A DNA stretch of 64,000 nucleotides from an uncultured Pseudomonadales bacterium (GCA_964583625.1 CAZOVA010000001.1:76465-140464), one strand, 5' to 3'. Counted from the first letter of the stretch, positions 1 through 11,300 are shown. Notes: a model not told the origin generated them from the letters alone. A program made the numbers and translations.

Positions 1-2
1 AG

Positions 3-176
3 CAATTAAGCGGGCATTGGAAGATAAAAGATCCTAAAATGAGGGACTTAAACCAAGAGTGTCAAAAAATTCTTTCAACTCTCAACTTTTCCATAAACTT
101 TCACCACATTCCTAGAGAAGAGAATGCTCTTGCTGACGAACTAGTAAATTTAACTCTAGATCAGCAAGAAAAATAA
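3..176 (+). CDS. 3' end of an RNase H-like gene (partial, 5' end outside the window)
   Basis: Frame 3 translation ...HIPREENALADELVNLTLDQQEK* ends with TAA at 174-176. The REENxxADxLAN-like C-terminus is typical of RNase HI-family proteins, recalled from memory. Confidence 0.4.
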   Translation, partial: QLSGHWKIKDPKMRDLNQECQKILSTLNFSINFHHIPREENALADELVNLTLDQQEK

Positions 177-204
177 TTATTATTGCATAATTAGCGCATT
201 ATTC

Positions 205-3204
205 TTGCAAAGCCAAGTAAGCCCCCTTTTTGCCTTTTTGTTTTTTTTATGTCATAATAAAAAATTCATGACTCAATTTTTAATTACCCAGTTCAGCGAA
301 TCTTGGCCTAAAATTTTAGTCTTAGGACAGGAAGGAGTCTTTTCTCAAAAACTCCAAACTCTTTTGCAAGAAAAAGGTTTTCGAACTGAATTTGCTAATG
401 CTGGCCAATTTTCTACAGACGAGAGTCTACAAGAAGAAATTAGTAAAAAAAACTACTATAAAATTATCTGGCTTTTTGGTTGGCAGCCAGAAGCTGAGCC
501 CTTTAAAAAAGTTGTTCACTGGTTGAATGAGAGGCTTGAACCCACCTTAGTTATTGCTAGACTTGACACTATTCCAGATATTGATGATAAAGCTTTTTCC
601 TTAGAACGGCGACAATGGGACAAGCAAATCCGAGCAATCAATTATTTTGCTCAAAATCTTTCCAAAGCCTCTCTTTTAATTGGCCAAGACATTATTTCTT
701 CCGATTTCAACCACTTAGGCTTAAGCTTTCTTCTCCGCGGACACAAGGAAGGAAAAATATTTTCTCCAGAAATTGACTTTCGCTTTATTAATCTAGAAAG
801 GTTTTTACATCAAGTTTCTAATATCATTTTTGCGCCATACACCAATAAAAAAATGGTTTTTCAGTCAGATAAAATTCCTTATCGGCGTCTTGAAAAACAT
901 CTTCTTTCGTTAAGTCAGGCCCCCCTAGAAGTTATTTCTCGTCCCTCTTCTCCAGCAAAAGCAGAGCTAATTTTTCAACCTGAAATTTTGTTTGGATCAG
1001 GGAGTTTAGATTTTTTTAATGAAGATTTTTTTTATCGTCTACAGGAGAAGTTTTTAATAACACCCCCGTCATTTATTTCCCCTCCTGCTAAAATAAAAAC
1101 AAAAAAAGTTTTTTCCATTAAAGAAGAGAAAATAATTCTTCCTCTAAAACAGAACAAGTCTTTATTAAAGCCTCTACCTTCAGTTGCCTTCTTGACCGTA
1201 ATTGTTCCCAACTGCAATTTTTTAACTGATGGAGTTTTGGTTTGTCGCCCTGAAGTTAAGAGTAAAATTATCGTTCCTCCCCTACCAATTATTGGTTCAA
1301 AAGCTGACACCCATTTTTCCCCAGAGTATCAAAAATATTTAAATGGCTTAGTTCGTCAAGCTCCAACAAGAAAGCCCCAAAGAAAGCTTTCTCCAGTAGT
1401 TTCTCCACAAAAGCTTTTTAATCAAGCAAAAGAACGACCCCTAATTAAGAAAGAACAAAAGGTTGTTTATAAACAACAAAAAGCTCAACCAGTTCTGGTG
1501 AAAAAAAAGACTGCTTCTAAAATTGGTTGGCAGAAAATTGCCACCCCCTTTGTTCTGGCGCTTATTTGTTTATTTATCTATTTTGGTTTTTTACTCCCAA
1601 AACAAAGTGCTTATTCTCAGCAACCTATTCTTCAGAGTTTTTTTCAAGCCTGCCTGACTCCAGACTGTCTCAATGAACAGAATCAAGATTTGTGGCAAAA
1701 CTTAAAAACTCAAGCCCAGTCGACTAATCAGGAGGTGATGTTTATTAATCATTTCGAAAACTTTTTTACACAAAGAAATATTTTAAATCAACAAATGTCG
1801 CGTTTTTACCGAGTAATGATGAATTCCGAACCGGGGACGGCAACAGCAGAGGTGCAGCTAGTTCAAAATAGTCTTTTCACCACTCTTGAGAGTTTAGACC
1901 AGCTGCAAACAACCCTCACTCAAATTAAGGGTAGCTCAGTTAACAGCAGTCTTTTGCCAGATTTAGAAAGACTGTCGCAGCAACTAACCAAGATTAAGAA
2001 CAATTTCTTGCTTTGGCAAAAATATCAGGAAGTTTTCACTCTTTTAGCACAACAAGAAAAAACCAAGCTTTTAGTTTTATTATTAAATAACCAAACACTT
2101 TTAAGCCAAGGAGGAGAGCTTCTTGCTTTAAGTGAGATCGATGTTCAAGCAGGGACCTTTCAAAAAAGCCAACAAATACCGCTTTCTCGTCTTGCCCAAA
2201 ACCAAGCTGTCAAGGTTGAAGATAGTCGCTTTTTTTCTGCTTCTACTAGTAGTCTTCTCAGCCTACAACGACTTCCTTTGCAAGAAAATTTTTCTGCTTT
2301 AGCCAGTAAGACTCAAAAAATTCTCCAAGTTTCTCAAGATCTTCAGCTGGATCTAATTTTTAGCTTTAATTTAAATAGCTATGTGTCTCTTTTAGCTGTT
2401 TTAGAACAAAAAGAACCCGATCTTCTCTATCAGGAATTAAGCTTAGAGTTGAAAGAAAAAACTAGTCTTGAGCAAGAAAAAATTCTTTTAGACAAATATC
2501 AAGAGTTGGCTAAAAAGATGAAAGAAATCTCTCCTCAAAAAACCGCCAATTTAATTTTTACTTTCTTAGAAGAAATTGAGTCTCAAGAAATTCTTTTTTA
2601 TAGTGATCAGCCGGCTCTAAAACAACTTTTTGATAACCTTTCCCTTTCAGGGCAAGTTAATGCTCGTGCTTGTCCCTCTTTGCTGGGCGGAAGCGCTTGT
2701 TTTATCGATCATTTTGTTCAATTTCGCTCTAGTCTCAACGGTCAAGAGTCAAGCTTGCAAAACATTAATCACTCTATTGAGCTTGACAGTAAACAGACCA
2801 AACATGAAAGACAGATAGTCTTAGAAAACCCCTCTCAAGAGGAGAAAATAGAGTTTTGGCAGTTTGTCTTTCCTTCACTAGCTCAAGACATTATTGTGAC
2901 CATTGACGGGCAGAAAAGAACGGTTGATGAGCAAAACGGCTTTAAACTCACCTTGCCAGCTCAAAGCAAACAAATAATTAAGATTAGCTTTTATATTAAT
3001 AGGGTTTTGCCCGACGACAATTTTGTGTATAGTTTTTCTGAAAAAAAACAAAGCGGAGAAAGAAATCAAAGTTTCAATTTAAATATTAAAAATTCTCTCC
3101 CCTATTCTCCTAAAGTGATTGCTCCTTATGCCACTATTGATGGCAAGCAAATTAATTTTTCTTCAGTCAAGAACCAAAGCTTTTTGGGGGCCGTTGCTTT
3201 TTAG
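205..3204 (+). CDS. large hypothetical protein (999 aa) with a single internal TM segment; function unknown
   Basis: Long uninterrupted ORF with host-like codon usage and a hydrophobic segment (IATPFVLALICLFIYFGFLLP) mid-protein. The real start may be the internal Met at about 268. Confidence 0.6.
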   Translation: MQSQVSPLFAFLFFLCHNKKFMTQFLITQFSESWPKILVLGQEGVFSQKLQTLLQEKGFRTEFANAGQFSTDESLQEEISKKNYYKIIWLFGWQPEAEPFKKVVHWLNERLEPTLVIARLDTIPDIDDKAFSLERRQWDKQIRAINYFAQNLSKASLLIGQDIISSDFNHLGLSFLLRGHKEGKIFSPEIDFRFINLERFLHQVSNIIFAPYTNKKMVFQSDKIPYRRLEKHLLSLSQAPLEVISRPSSPAKAELIFQPEILFGSGSLDFFNEDFFYRLQEKFLITPPSFISPPAKIKTKKVFSIKEEKIILPLKQNKSLLKPLPSVAFLTVIVPNCNFLTDGVLVCRPEVKSKIIVPPLPIIGSKADTHFSPEYQKYLNGLVRQAPTRKPQRKLSPVVSPQKLFNQAKERPLIKKEQKVVYKQQKAQPVLVKKKTASKIGWQKIATPFVLALICLFIYFGFLLPKQSAYSQQPILQSFFQACLTPDCLNEQNQDLWQNLKTQAQSTNQEVMFINHFENFFTQRNILNQQMSRFYRVMMNSEPGTATAEVQLVQNSLFTTLESLDQLQTTLTQIKGSSVNSSLLPDLERLSQQLTKIKNNFLLWQKYQEVFTLLAQQEKTKLLVLLLNNQTLLSQGGELLALSEIDVQAGTFQKSQQIPLSRLAQNQAVKVEDSRFFSASTSSLLSLQRLPLQENFSALASKTQKILQVSQDLQLDLIFSFNLNSYVSLLAVLEQKEPDLLYQELSLELKEKTSLEQEKILLDKYQELAKKMKEISPQKTANLIFTFLEEIESQEILFYSDQPALKQLFDNLSLSGQVNARACPSLLGGSACFIDHFVQFRSSLNGQESSLQNINHSIELDSKQTKHERQIVLENPSQEEKIEFWQFVFPSLAQDIIVTIDGQKRTVDEQNGFKLTLPAQSKQIIKISFYINRVLPDDNFVYSFSEKKQSGERNQSFNLNIKNSLPYSPKVIAPYATIDGKQINFSSVKNQSFLGAVAF

Positions 3205-3237
3205 ACTAACCACAAAGATTCTTTAGTAGCTGGTCGT

Positions 3238-3248
3238 TATGGTATAAT
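3238..3248 (+). promoter_or_regulatory. extended -10 promoter element TATGGTATAAT upstream of the bL25 gene
   Basis: TGnTATAAT motif about 30 nt upstream of the ATG at 3279. The identical 11-mer recurs upstream of secY and the S10 operon. Confidence 0.4.
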
Positions 3249-3278
3249 AACCCTTCTTGAAAAAGAAAAGAAAGTTTT

Positions 3279-3941
3279 ATGACAGAAAAATATAAGCTCA
3301 AAGTCAAAAGAAGAGACACTCAAGTTAAGGGAAAAAAATATCAAAATGAAGGTTTTATCTTGGGAAACATTTTTGGTCTAGGAAAAAGTCAAGCGATTGC
3401 TCTTCCAGCTAAAGAAACAAGAAAACTTTTTCACGAGATTGGTGAATCCAGTGTTATTTATCTTACTTTAGATGAGGATAAAAAAGAAATTCCTGTCTTA
3501 TTAGATGAAACTCAGGCAGACCCCCTCAATGGTTCTTTAATTCATATTGCTTTAAAGAAAGTAGACCTGAAGGAAAAAGTCGAAGCCGCTGTTGCCTTTG
3601 AAGTCATTGGGGAATTTTCTGTTCCAGAAGCCCTTTATTTATTATTAAAACAAGAAGTAGAAGTGGAAGCTCTACCCACAGATTTGCCAGAATCTTTTAT
3701 TCTAGATGTAAGCAAATTTACCAAGATTGGTGAGCAGATAACTTTTGCCGATCTTGAATACGATCGAGAGAAAGTCACTCTTTTAGTTGAAGATCAAGAT
3801 GAGCCAGTCATTATTGTTTCTGAGGTCAAAGAAGAGATTGAGGAAGAGCCGGTAGTCGAAGAAGCTGCTCCAGCAGAAGGAGAAGCTGAGACGGTCGCCC
3901 AAGAAGAAACTGAGGAATCACCAACCGCAGAACAAAAATAA
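3279..3941 (+). CDS. rplY: 50S ribosomal protein bL25 / general stress protein Ctc form
   Basis: N-terminal L25 fold signature (KLKVKRRDTQVKGKK...ILGNIFG...ALP) plus Ctc-type C-terminal domain and acidic tail. Confidence 0.7.
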   Translation: MTEKYKLKVKRRDTQVKGKKYQNEGFILGNIFGLGKSQAIALPAKETRKLFHEIGESSVIYLTLDEDKKEIPVLLDETQADPLNGSLIHIALKKVDLKEKVEAAVAFEVIGEFSVPEALYLLLKQEVEVEALPTDLPESFILDVSKFTKIGEQITFADLEYDREKVTLLVEDQDEPVIIVSEVKEEIEEEPVVEEAAPAEGEAETVAQEETEESPTAEQK

Positions 3942-3947
3942 CTATTT

Positions 3948-4607
3948 TTAGTTGAAGAAAATTTCGTTGGGGTCCATTTTTTTAGCCTCATTCAGCCAGA
4001 AGTGATAGTTTTGCCAATCATTGAGATAAAAATGAGCTAGAGCAAGATTAACTTTCTCCGCTTGACTAAAATTCTCTGCAAAAAAAGACTCTGTTTTAGT
4101 GTAAAGGTTTTGAGTACGCCAATAACTCTCTGGTCTTTTAACCAAGGTTCTTGTCTGAGCGTTTATTTCTGTTGGCAAAGCTAATATTTCCACTTTCCGC
4201 TCAACTTTTAAATCGACTGTTTCTTTTTCTATCGACCGCGTTCTAATATTGACCAGTAAAAGAGGTAATTGAGCTAAAATCAAAAAAACAAGCGCTAGAA
4301 AAACCCAAGCTTCATTTCCTTGTGAAAAAAAACTAATTTTTTTAGGCCAAAAACTTGGTTTTTTGGCTTTCTTATGAGTTTGTTGGTATTTTATTAAAAC
4401 CAAGTTTTTGGGGCTTTTTAAGGTTTTCTTGAGCCATTTCTTTTTTAACCAAACTGACCATAAGAAAAAATAAATTAAGTCGCCAAAAATTAATAACCCC
4501 AAATTTAGAAAAACGAAAGGTAAGAAAAATCTTCGCCAAGTCTTTTTTACCTTAGTCTCTTGCCGGAAAATTTGTTGGCCAATTTTCGGTTGCCAATATA
4601 GTTTCAT
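3948..4607 (-). CDS. hypothetical membrane protein (219 aa)
   Basis: ORF with 2-3 hydrophobic helices. The 5' end overlaps the valS 3' end by about 56 nt, so the true start is uncertain. Confidence 0.4.
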   Translation of the reverse strand: MKLYWQPKIGQQIFRQETKVKKTWRRFFLPFVFLNLGLLIFGDLIYFFLWSVWLKKKWLKKTLKSPKNLVLIKYQQTHKKAKKPSFWPKKISFFSQGNEAWVFLALVFLILAQLPLLLVNIRTRSIEKETVDLKVERKVEILALPTEINAQTRTLVKRPESYWRTQNLYTKTESFFAENFSQAEKVNLALAHFYLNDWQNYHFWLNEAKKMDPNEIFFN

Positions 4608-6840
4608 GATTTTCTATTTTAGCAAATTCTTGCCAAATTTGCTCAGTCACGTAAGGAATAAAAGGGTGGAGTAATTTAAGAAAAACTAGTAAGCCCTCTT
4701 TTAGTGATGAGTATGATAGCTGACCGTTCTTATTTTTTTCAATTGCTTGATCACAAAAGAAGTGCCAAAACTGGTCGTATAAATAATCAGCGGCCAAACC
4801 AATTTTGTAATCTTGAAGCATTTTAGTACCAGTTTTAATTATTTCTTGCATTTTTACTGCAAAAGCCAGATTTTCTTTTTCCAATGACTCTTTTGTTTTT
4901 TCTTTAGTCTTTTTATCTGAAATAAGAATAAAGCGGGCAGCGTTCCAGACCTTATTGGTAAAATTTCTTGCCGCCTTAAAATCGCCCTCACTGATAGATT
5001 TATCTAGACCAGCGCTAGACCTGATTAGAAGAGCCATTCTTAAGGCATCAGCTCCATACTTTTCTACAATCTCCAAAGGATCGATCACATTTCCTTTGGA
5101 CTTGCTCATCTTTTGGCCCTTTTGGTCTCTTACCAGTCCATGAAGATAAATCCGAGAGAAGGGGAGACTGCCAGTTTCAAAAAAGCCAATCATCAGCATT
5201 CTCATCACCCAAAAAGGAAGAATGTCATAACCTGTCTCTAAAATACTATTAGGGTAAAACTTTTCAAAGTCTCCAGGTTGAGTGTTTTTCAAAGTAGCAA
5301 AAGGCCACTGACTAGAGGAAAACCAAGTATCAAAGGTGTCCGTCTCTTGGATGCATTCATCTTCATTGAGATGAGTTTTTTCAGTTTTGATAATAAATTT
5401 AGCCTCAATTGGGGCTTTAAGAGTTTGTAAACCAGACTTAATCAATCCAGGCTGATAGTCTTTTAAAATTTCTCCCAATTTGCCCTTAATTAAAAACCCA
5501 CCATTAGCTAAAGGTTTTAAATCATAATTACCGCTTTTCTCAGGAGAAGCTTTTTTTATAAGAGAAATAATATCAATATTAGGATTATCTTTAATACGAT
5601 AAAAAATTGGTATTCTGATCCCCCAGACTATTTGTCGAGAGATATTCCAATCTCTTAAATTAGTTAGCCAGTGTCGAAGAATTTTGTCATATCCTGGCCC
5701 GTCAATTTTAATTTTTCCTTCATCTAGTCTTTTTAAGATGGGCCTCACTAGGGGAGCGACTTTAATAAAAAATTGAGTTAAGGGGAGAGGTTCTAATACT
5801 CCGCTGCAACGATAGCAACAAGCTATTTGAGTTTCGTAATCATAGTCAATTTTCTCTATTAAGCCTAATTTGTCCAATCTATCCACTATTTTTTCACGAG
5901 CTACGGCCACTTTTTGTCCTGCAAACTCTCCAGCGAGCTCTGTCATTTTGCCGTCAAAACCAATCACTTGTTTGGGACCAGGAATGGCCTCTTTATGTCT
6001 TTTCCAGACCTCAAAATCATTATGGTCGTGAGCGGGAGTGATTTTTACTACTCCTGTCCCAAATTTGGGGTCAACATATTCATCAGCTATCACTTTGATT
6101 TTAAACAAACCATTGACGCCAAGAGCCTCGATTTCTTGATTAATATATTTTTGGTAGCGTTTATCTTGAGGATGAACCGCCACAGCTGTGTCTCCAAATT
6201 TAGTTTCTGGTCTGGTAGTGGCTAAAACGAAAGGACCGTATTTTAAATAATAAAGTGGAACTTTTTTTGTTAGATGTTTTGCCTCTAAATCAGAAAAAGC
6301 TGTCCCACATTTAGGGCAATAATTAACTAGCTTTAAATCGCGATACACCAATTCTTTTTCCGCTAAATGACAAAAAGTTTTTTCCACTGTTTTAACAATA
6401 TCTTGATCTAAAGTAAATTTTTTCCTGGACCAATCCAAAGAAAAACCAAGTTTTTTTAGTTGTGTTTGAGCAATAGTGGTGTTTTCTTGGACATAGTCCC
6501 AAATCAATTGAAAAAGCGTCTGACGATCAAACTGAAAGCGCGACTGACCTTGTTTTTGCAGTTTTTTTTCAAAAACGAACTGAGTTTCAATTCCCGCATG
6601 ATCAAAACCCGGCAGCCAAAGAGTGTCTTCTCCTAGAAGACGGTGAAAGCGAATAAGCACATCTTCAATTGCATACATGGCGTGGCCAATATGAAGGGGG
6701 TCATTAGCATTAGGAGGAGGCAAAACAATACAATAAGATTTTTTATTTGAGATTTTAGCTTCAGGAGTAAAAGCTTTTTTTCCTTCCCAAAAAGCAGTAA
6801 TTTTATCTTCGTATTGTTGATGTTGATATTTTGAGTCCAT
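4552..6840 (-). CDS. valS: valine--tRNA ligase (class I aaRS), short CPR-type form lacking the C-terminal coiled coil
   Basis: PPPNANDPLHIGHA (HIGH motif), LWLPGFDHAGIETQ and KMSKSKGNVIDP (KMSKS motif). Overall ValRS-like order of motifs. Confidence 0.9.
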   Translation of the reverse strand: MDSKYQHQQYEDKITAFWEGKKAFTPEAKISNKKSYCIVLPPPNANDPLHIGHAMYAIEDVLIRFHRLLGEDTLWLPGFDHAGIETQFVFEKKLQKQGQSRFQFDRQTLFQLIWDYVQENTTIAQTQLKKLGFSLDWSRKKFTLDQDIVKTVEKTFCHLAEKELVYRDLKLVNYCPKCGTAFSDLEAKHLTKKVPLYYLKYGPFVLATTRPETKFGDTAVAVHPQDKRYQKYINQEIEALGVNGLFKIKVIADEYVDPKFGTGVVKITPAHDHNDFEVWKRHKEAIPGPKQVIGFDGKMTELAGEFAGQKVAVAREKIVDRLDKLGLIEKIDYDYETQIACCYRCSGVLEPLPLTQFFIKVAPLVRPILKRLDEGKIKIDGPGYDKILRHWLTNLRDWNISRQIVWGIRIPIFYRIKDNPNIDIISLIKKASPEKSGNYDLKPLANGGFLIKGKLGEILKDYQPGLIKSGLQTLKAPIEAKFIIKTEKTHLNEDECIQETDTFDTWFSSSQWPFATLKNTQPGDFEKFYPNSILETGYDILPFWVMRMLMIGFFETGSLPFSRIYLHGLVRDQKGQKMSKSKGNVIDPLEIVEKYGADALRMALLIRSSAGLDKSISEGDFKAARNFTNKVWNAARFILISDKKTKEKTKESLEKENLAFAVKMQEIIKTGTKMLQDYKIGLAADYLYDQFWHFFCDQAIEKNKNGQLSYSSLKEGLLVFLKLLHPFIPYVTEQIWQEFAKIENHETILATENWPTNFPARD

Positions 6841-6902
6841 TGTTTTTATATTATAGCAGAGCTTTTATAAGAGATTCTCATTTTTTCTTGTTCTGTCAAA
6901 AT

Positions 6903-6932
6903 TTGACAAGCATTTTTTATTTATGCTATACT
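6903..6932 (+). promoter_or_regulatory. sigma70-like promoter (TTGACA-18-TATACT) for the Pro-rich gene, overlapping a 7-bp inverted repeat TGTCAAA-A-TTTGACA
   Basis: Direct reading of the divergent valS/Pro-rich intergenic region. Confidence 0.35.
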
Positions 6933-6967
6933 TAACAAATCACCGGCTAGCTAGAGGAAAAATTAAA

Positions 6968-7585
6968 ATGAATGATAAAATTAACTCCCTTTTGGAGCAA
7001 CTTAAAACAGAGGTAAAAAACTATATTGAGGAGGAGGTCTCCCGTCGGAGTGGAGAAGAAGTAACCGCCAACGACTCTCAACCAGAAAAAGAGCTTCCCG
7101 TCTCTGAAGTCAGTATTCCTCCTATGCCGGAGCCAACTCGATTAGAGAATAATCCAGTGACCGAGCAGACGGAAAAATTTCCTCTTGAGGGGCAAGAAAG
7201 TACTCAGCCATTTGTGTCTGAACCTCCCGTTCCCATGCCAAATTTTTCTGATTTGAGCAATCTGCCTGATTTACCAGGAATAACTCCAGTTGAGGAAAAT
7301 ATCGACAAATCAGACACTCTTAGCCCCCTTCAAACAACTGATCCTATCAATCCTGTTGATCCAGCTACTGATCAGACTGCAACCTCTCCAGAATTCAATA
7401 ATCCTCAGCCGGACTTTAATACCCCAGTATCAGATTTGCCAGAACCTCAGTTCCAGACGCCAGTGACCCAAGAAAATGGAGAACTAAACAATCAAAACTC
7501 TGTTCCTCAAGTGAGTCAAGAAAATCAAGGGTTTCCAGTAGCTAGAGGTCTTTTAGGTAAAGTTTTAAATAAAAAAAATCAATAA
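6968..7585 (+). CDS. hypothetical protein with N-terminal coiled-coil and long Pro/Gln/Thr-rich disordered region
   Basis: ORF 6923..7585, but AGAGGAAA lies 9 nt upstream of the ATG at 6968. Low-complexity P-rich C-terminal two thirds. Confidence 0.6.
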   Translation: MNDKINSLLEQLKTEVKNYIEEEVSRRSGEEVTANDSQPEKELPVSEVSIPPMPEPTRLENNPVTEQTEKFPLEGQESTQPFVSEPPVPMPNFSDLSNLPDLPGITPVEENIDKSDTLSPLQTTDPINPVDPATDQTATSPEFNNPQPDFNTPVSDLPEPQFQTPVTQENGELNNQNSVPQVSQENQGFPVARGLLGKVLNKKNQ

Positions 7586-7632
7586 ATAGCTTGTTTTTTG
7601 CTTTATCTTATGTCATAATCTTCTTATAGATT

Positions 7633-8310
7633 ATGAATGATGTTATTTTTCAAAAAAGCAATAGTTCAAACTCATCTGTTGTAGAAGAGAAAGTGCCAGT
7701 TTTAGATCAAAAATCATCTGCTCAATTAGTGAGCAAATATGGTATAGATATGATTTCTGAAGCGGAGAATTTAGCTGAGGCAGCTTATATTTCTTGGTTA
7801 GAAGCAATGATTGCTTATGAAGAACGGGACTGGCAAAAATCACTAGATATCTTTAATTTGTGCAATTTCTGGGATAAGAACTGGGTTTATGAGGGAATGA
7901 TGGGGATTACTTTATCTTTATTAGACAAATATGATTTAGCTATTAATTACCTAAGCTCAGCCATAAAAATGCAAAAAGGCAATCCTCTCTTATATCCAGA
8001 ACTACAAGCAAATATGGATCAAAAGCAAATCTTTTACGATTTAGTCAAATATCTAACTTTATCTTTGTTTGTTTCAGGGCAATATGAATTAGCCAATCAA
8101 TGGTTGGACTATTTTTCTAAGGAATTCTCTCCAGACCCCATGTTTCAAATACAAATAGCAGGTTTTCTTTCTGAATTAGGAAATTATAATGGTGCTACCT
8201 CTCTTATCCGTCAAGCTTTGCCAAAACTGGAGACGGAAGTTTCTTTTGAACAAAAAACACACTTTTTAAACCTAAGTAAGGAAATCTTAGAAAGTATTAA
8301 AAACAATTAG
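7633..8310 (+). CDS. hypothetical protein, TPR-like helical repeats
   Basis: Repeating A/Y/W/L spacing (AEAAYISWLEAMIAYEERDWQKSLDIF...) suggestive of tetratricopeptide repeats. Confidence 0.55.
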   Translation: MNDVIFQKSNSSNSSVVEEKVPVLDQKSSAQLVSKYGIDMISEAENLAEAAYISWLEAMIAYEERDWQKSLDIFNLCNFWDKNWVYEGMMGITLSLLDKYDLAINYLSSAIKMQKGNPLLYPELQANMDQKQIFYDLVKYLTLSLFVSGQYELANQWLDYFSKEFSPDPMFQIQIAGFLSELGNYNGATSLIRQALPKLETEVSFEQKTHFLNLSKEILESIKNN

Positions 8311-8363
8311 CCTCACATGATATAATAAGATGGCTTTGTTATACTTGTGAAAGAATAAATTTT

Positions 8364-11300
8364 ATGAACGAATTTTCTCCTTACAAATTTGACTCAGAAA
8401 AACTTGATAAACTCTCAAGAGCTTCAACTGAAGACAAGCAGGAGCAAAAGGACAAGCTTCGTTCTGAGTATATATTAAGGATTTTCTCCAAACAGGCCAG
8501 CAGCGAATATGCCTTTCAAGACGAAACTTTTACTCTGAGGCAAATTCGAGGAGAAATCCGTTCGTTGAGTGGTCAAAAGGATACCAAAGAAAAACTTCAA
8601 AAAATAAATGAGTTGGTAAAAAAAATTCAAACCAAAATTGATAGTATGGATGTTCTTATTAATACTGAAAAATTAGATATTCAAGATTCTACAGAGCTAG
8701 ATCCCTCTATGCAAGAACTGGAGAAAGATGATCCTGATTGGAAAAAAAACTATTCTAAAAAAGTTTCCCCTTTGGTAGAAGAGCAAATGGCTTGGAGATA
8801 TTTATTAGAAGAAATTGATAAAATAAAAACGAGAGACAAACCCACTGAAGAGAGAGAAGGAGAAGATGAAGCTAGTGAGGAAAGTAGGTCTAGATCGAGA
8901 GAAGAAACGAGGAGAGAAGAGGGAGTTGACTTTTCCGAGGTAGAAAGAAAAGCTTTGGCGTTTCTTGAGAATCAAGACGAAAAAAACAAAGACTTAGATA
9001 TAGAGGATGCCAAAATTGTAGAGCTAATAAAAGAGCTTAGAAAAGAAATTCCTAAACAAGAATTAATTCTTGAAACTAGAAAAAAACAATATGAAAGAGC
9101 ATCAGAAGGTAAAGATAAGAGCAAGAGTGAGATAAGAGAGGCTTTGGATGCATTTGTCGAGGAAAAAGAAAGACTGCGTCTTTTTGTTGAAACTGTCGCT
9201 AAATATGAAAGACTAAAACAACAAAAAGAAGGGAGGATTACCCCAGCTGATAAAAAGAATTATGTAGAAGAAATAGACTTTGAAAGTAGAGGGTACAATG
9301 GCTTAGAGCTTAAAGAAAAAATTGTAAATGAGTGTTTAGAGCAAGGGGAAAATAAGTTAAGAAATTTAACTAGTATTATTTATTTAGTTAAAAAATTAAA
9401 CTCAGAAAACTTAGTCTCAGGAACTGAGGACTTGATAAAGATTCTTGAAGATTTGAGCGAAAGAGAAGAAAATAAGGGCAAGCTTGCCGATTATTTAGAT
9501 AGTCAAGAACCGGAAGGACTATTTGAAAAAACAGGCAGTGCGATAAAAAATCTTGAACTTGGTCCGAAGATCACAGTGAACGTTGATTATCCTGAAGGAC
9601 TAGACGATGAGGAAAAAAATCGGTATAAAACAGCGGCAAGAAATAACATCAGCGAAGAATACAGAGATTTAATAAAAGACACCGTTTATTCTTGTCTTGC
9701 AAAAATGATCGTCGATTTAGAGATTTCTTTTGAGGGAGCAGACATGATTAGCTCAAAAGCAAGAGAGTTTGATAACAAATTTCTTACAATTGATCAGATT
9801 CTAGGAGTGATGAACTCTTATAAGGGCTTTTTTGAAGTAACAGACACTTCAAATATGGCTATTACTAAAGTTCTAGAAAAAAGAAAAGAACAGCTTTTGC
9901 AGAGCATGGAAGCAAGGGGGGTAGACAAAGATTTTATAGCGGGCTTTATGAGTCAAATTGACAATATTAAAGATGCTCTAGATTTTGGTTTTTTAAGAAA
10001 TGATGTTCTCAACTACCGTTATTTAGGTGCCAGGTGGACCAAAGATGCTGAAGGAAACAGAATTCCACAGGTGGTGGAAAGAATGTCTTCAGTTATTAGT
10101 ATTGGTAAAAAAGGCATCGATGCTCAAAGAGTTAATACCAACATTAATGGCGAACAACAAACAATGAAAATAGGGGAGTATTTTGATAACCGTTTGGAGT
10201 GGTCAGATGAAATGGGCATCTTACAACAAATACTATGTGTAGTGAAGCAAGAATTAATGAAACAACCGATAGGAAGTGGTCTAAGATCTAAAAACGGAGC
10301 TGATGAAAGCAAGTACTCTATGGCCAACCTTTTTAATTCTCAGGAAAAAGTTAATGACCTAATTGGAGATGTGATTGAAGGAAGAGTACAGTATACGTTT
10401 TTTAACGGAGAACCAATTAAATGCAAAAATAAAGAAGGAAGATTTGAGGAGATAAATATTGCCAAAACCATCAAAGAGATGAACTTAGGCTCAGAAGAGA
10501 AAGCTATCCTAATGCAAATGGCGATGATGTTAGCATCGGCTCGTGACTTTGGTGGCGATGCTACCAGCTATCATATGGCTTATAACCTTACAGCCAGTAA
10601 ACTTCCTCCAGAGGCTACCGATCCTCGAACTTTTGATAAGCCTGCAGCTGGTATTTATTATGAAAGTAGAAATAATCAAGAGAAAATTCCTTCCTGCTTT
10701 TTTGTTTTAACTAATTTAGAAGCTGGCTCTCTCTTTAACAGAGAAGACGCTGACTCTCCAGGATTTATCGAAAAATATGAAATCGCTGCTAAGGCAACAA
10801 CCGCCTGGGCCCGCTTGATGGCAGAATTTCCTCAATTGCAGAACATACAGTTCCTTGAGGGGACTAGAAGTGATAACAAAGAAGCGAATACTGATGAGCG
10901 CTATGTTCTAAAACCAGCAGAGCTATCTCCTGAAGATAATGAGGGAAGACAAACATATAAAGATTACTGTGTTTGTCATAGCTTCGATGGCAGAGTTCTT
11001 CCTTCAATTGGGCATTTCGTTTCTCAAAGAGAAAGAAAGCTTGAACAAAAAACTGGTGATGAGAAAAAACAAATTGACGCTTCCACTTATCCCCCAGACG
11101 CTTATCTTAAGTTATTTGCTGCTCATCAAAGACTTTTCGAAAGAGGGGATTTGGCCACTAACTTGGAAGAAGTAAAGAGAAAGTTCTTTACTCCAGAGGG
11201 AGAAATAAAACATGATGACATTGTTCAAGAGATATCAAGCTGTAATACAGACATTGCCATATTAATGTCTTATTTAGGTCCTTGGAAAGAAAAAACCAAG

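Noticed and set aside
1032-1310. Numerous short antisense or overlapping ORFs in the six-frame track. Examples are 1032-1310, 2630-2818, 4955-5143, 5914-6225, 10124-10327, the ORFs nested inside tuf and fusA, and the ORFs nested inside the pilin and surface-protein genes.
   Set aside because: They lie wholly inside longer, well-supported genes on the other strand or in another frame. They have no RBS or promoter and show a biased, non-protein-like composition. I treated them as spurious.
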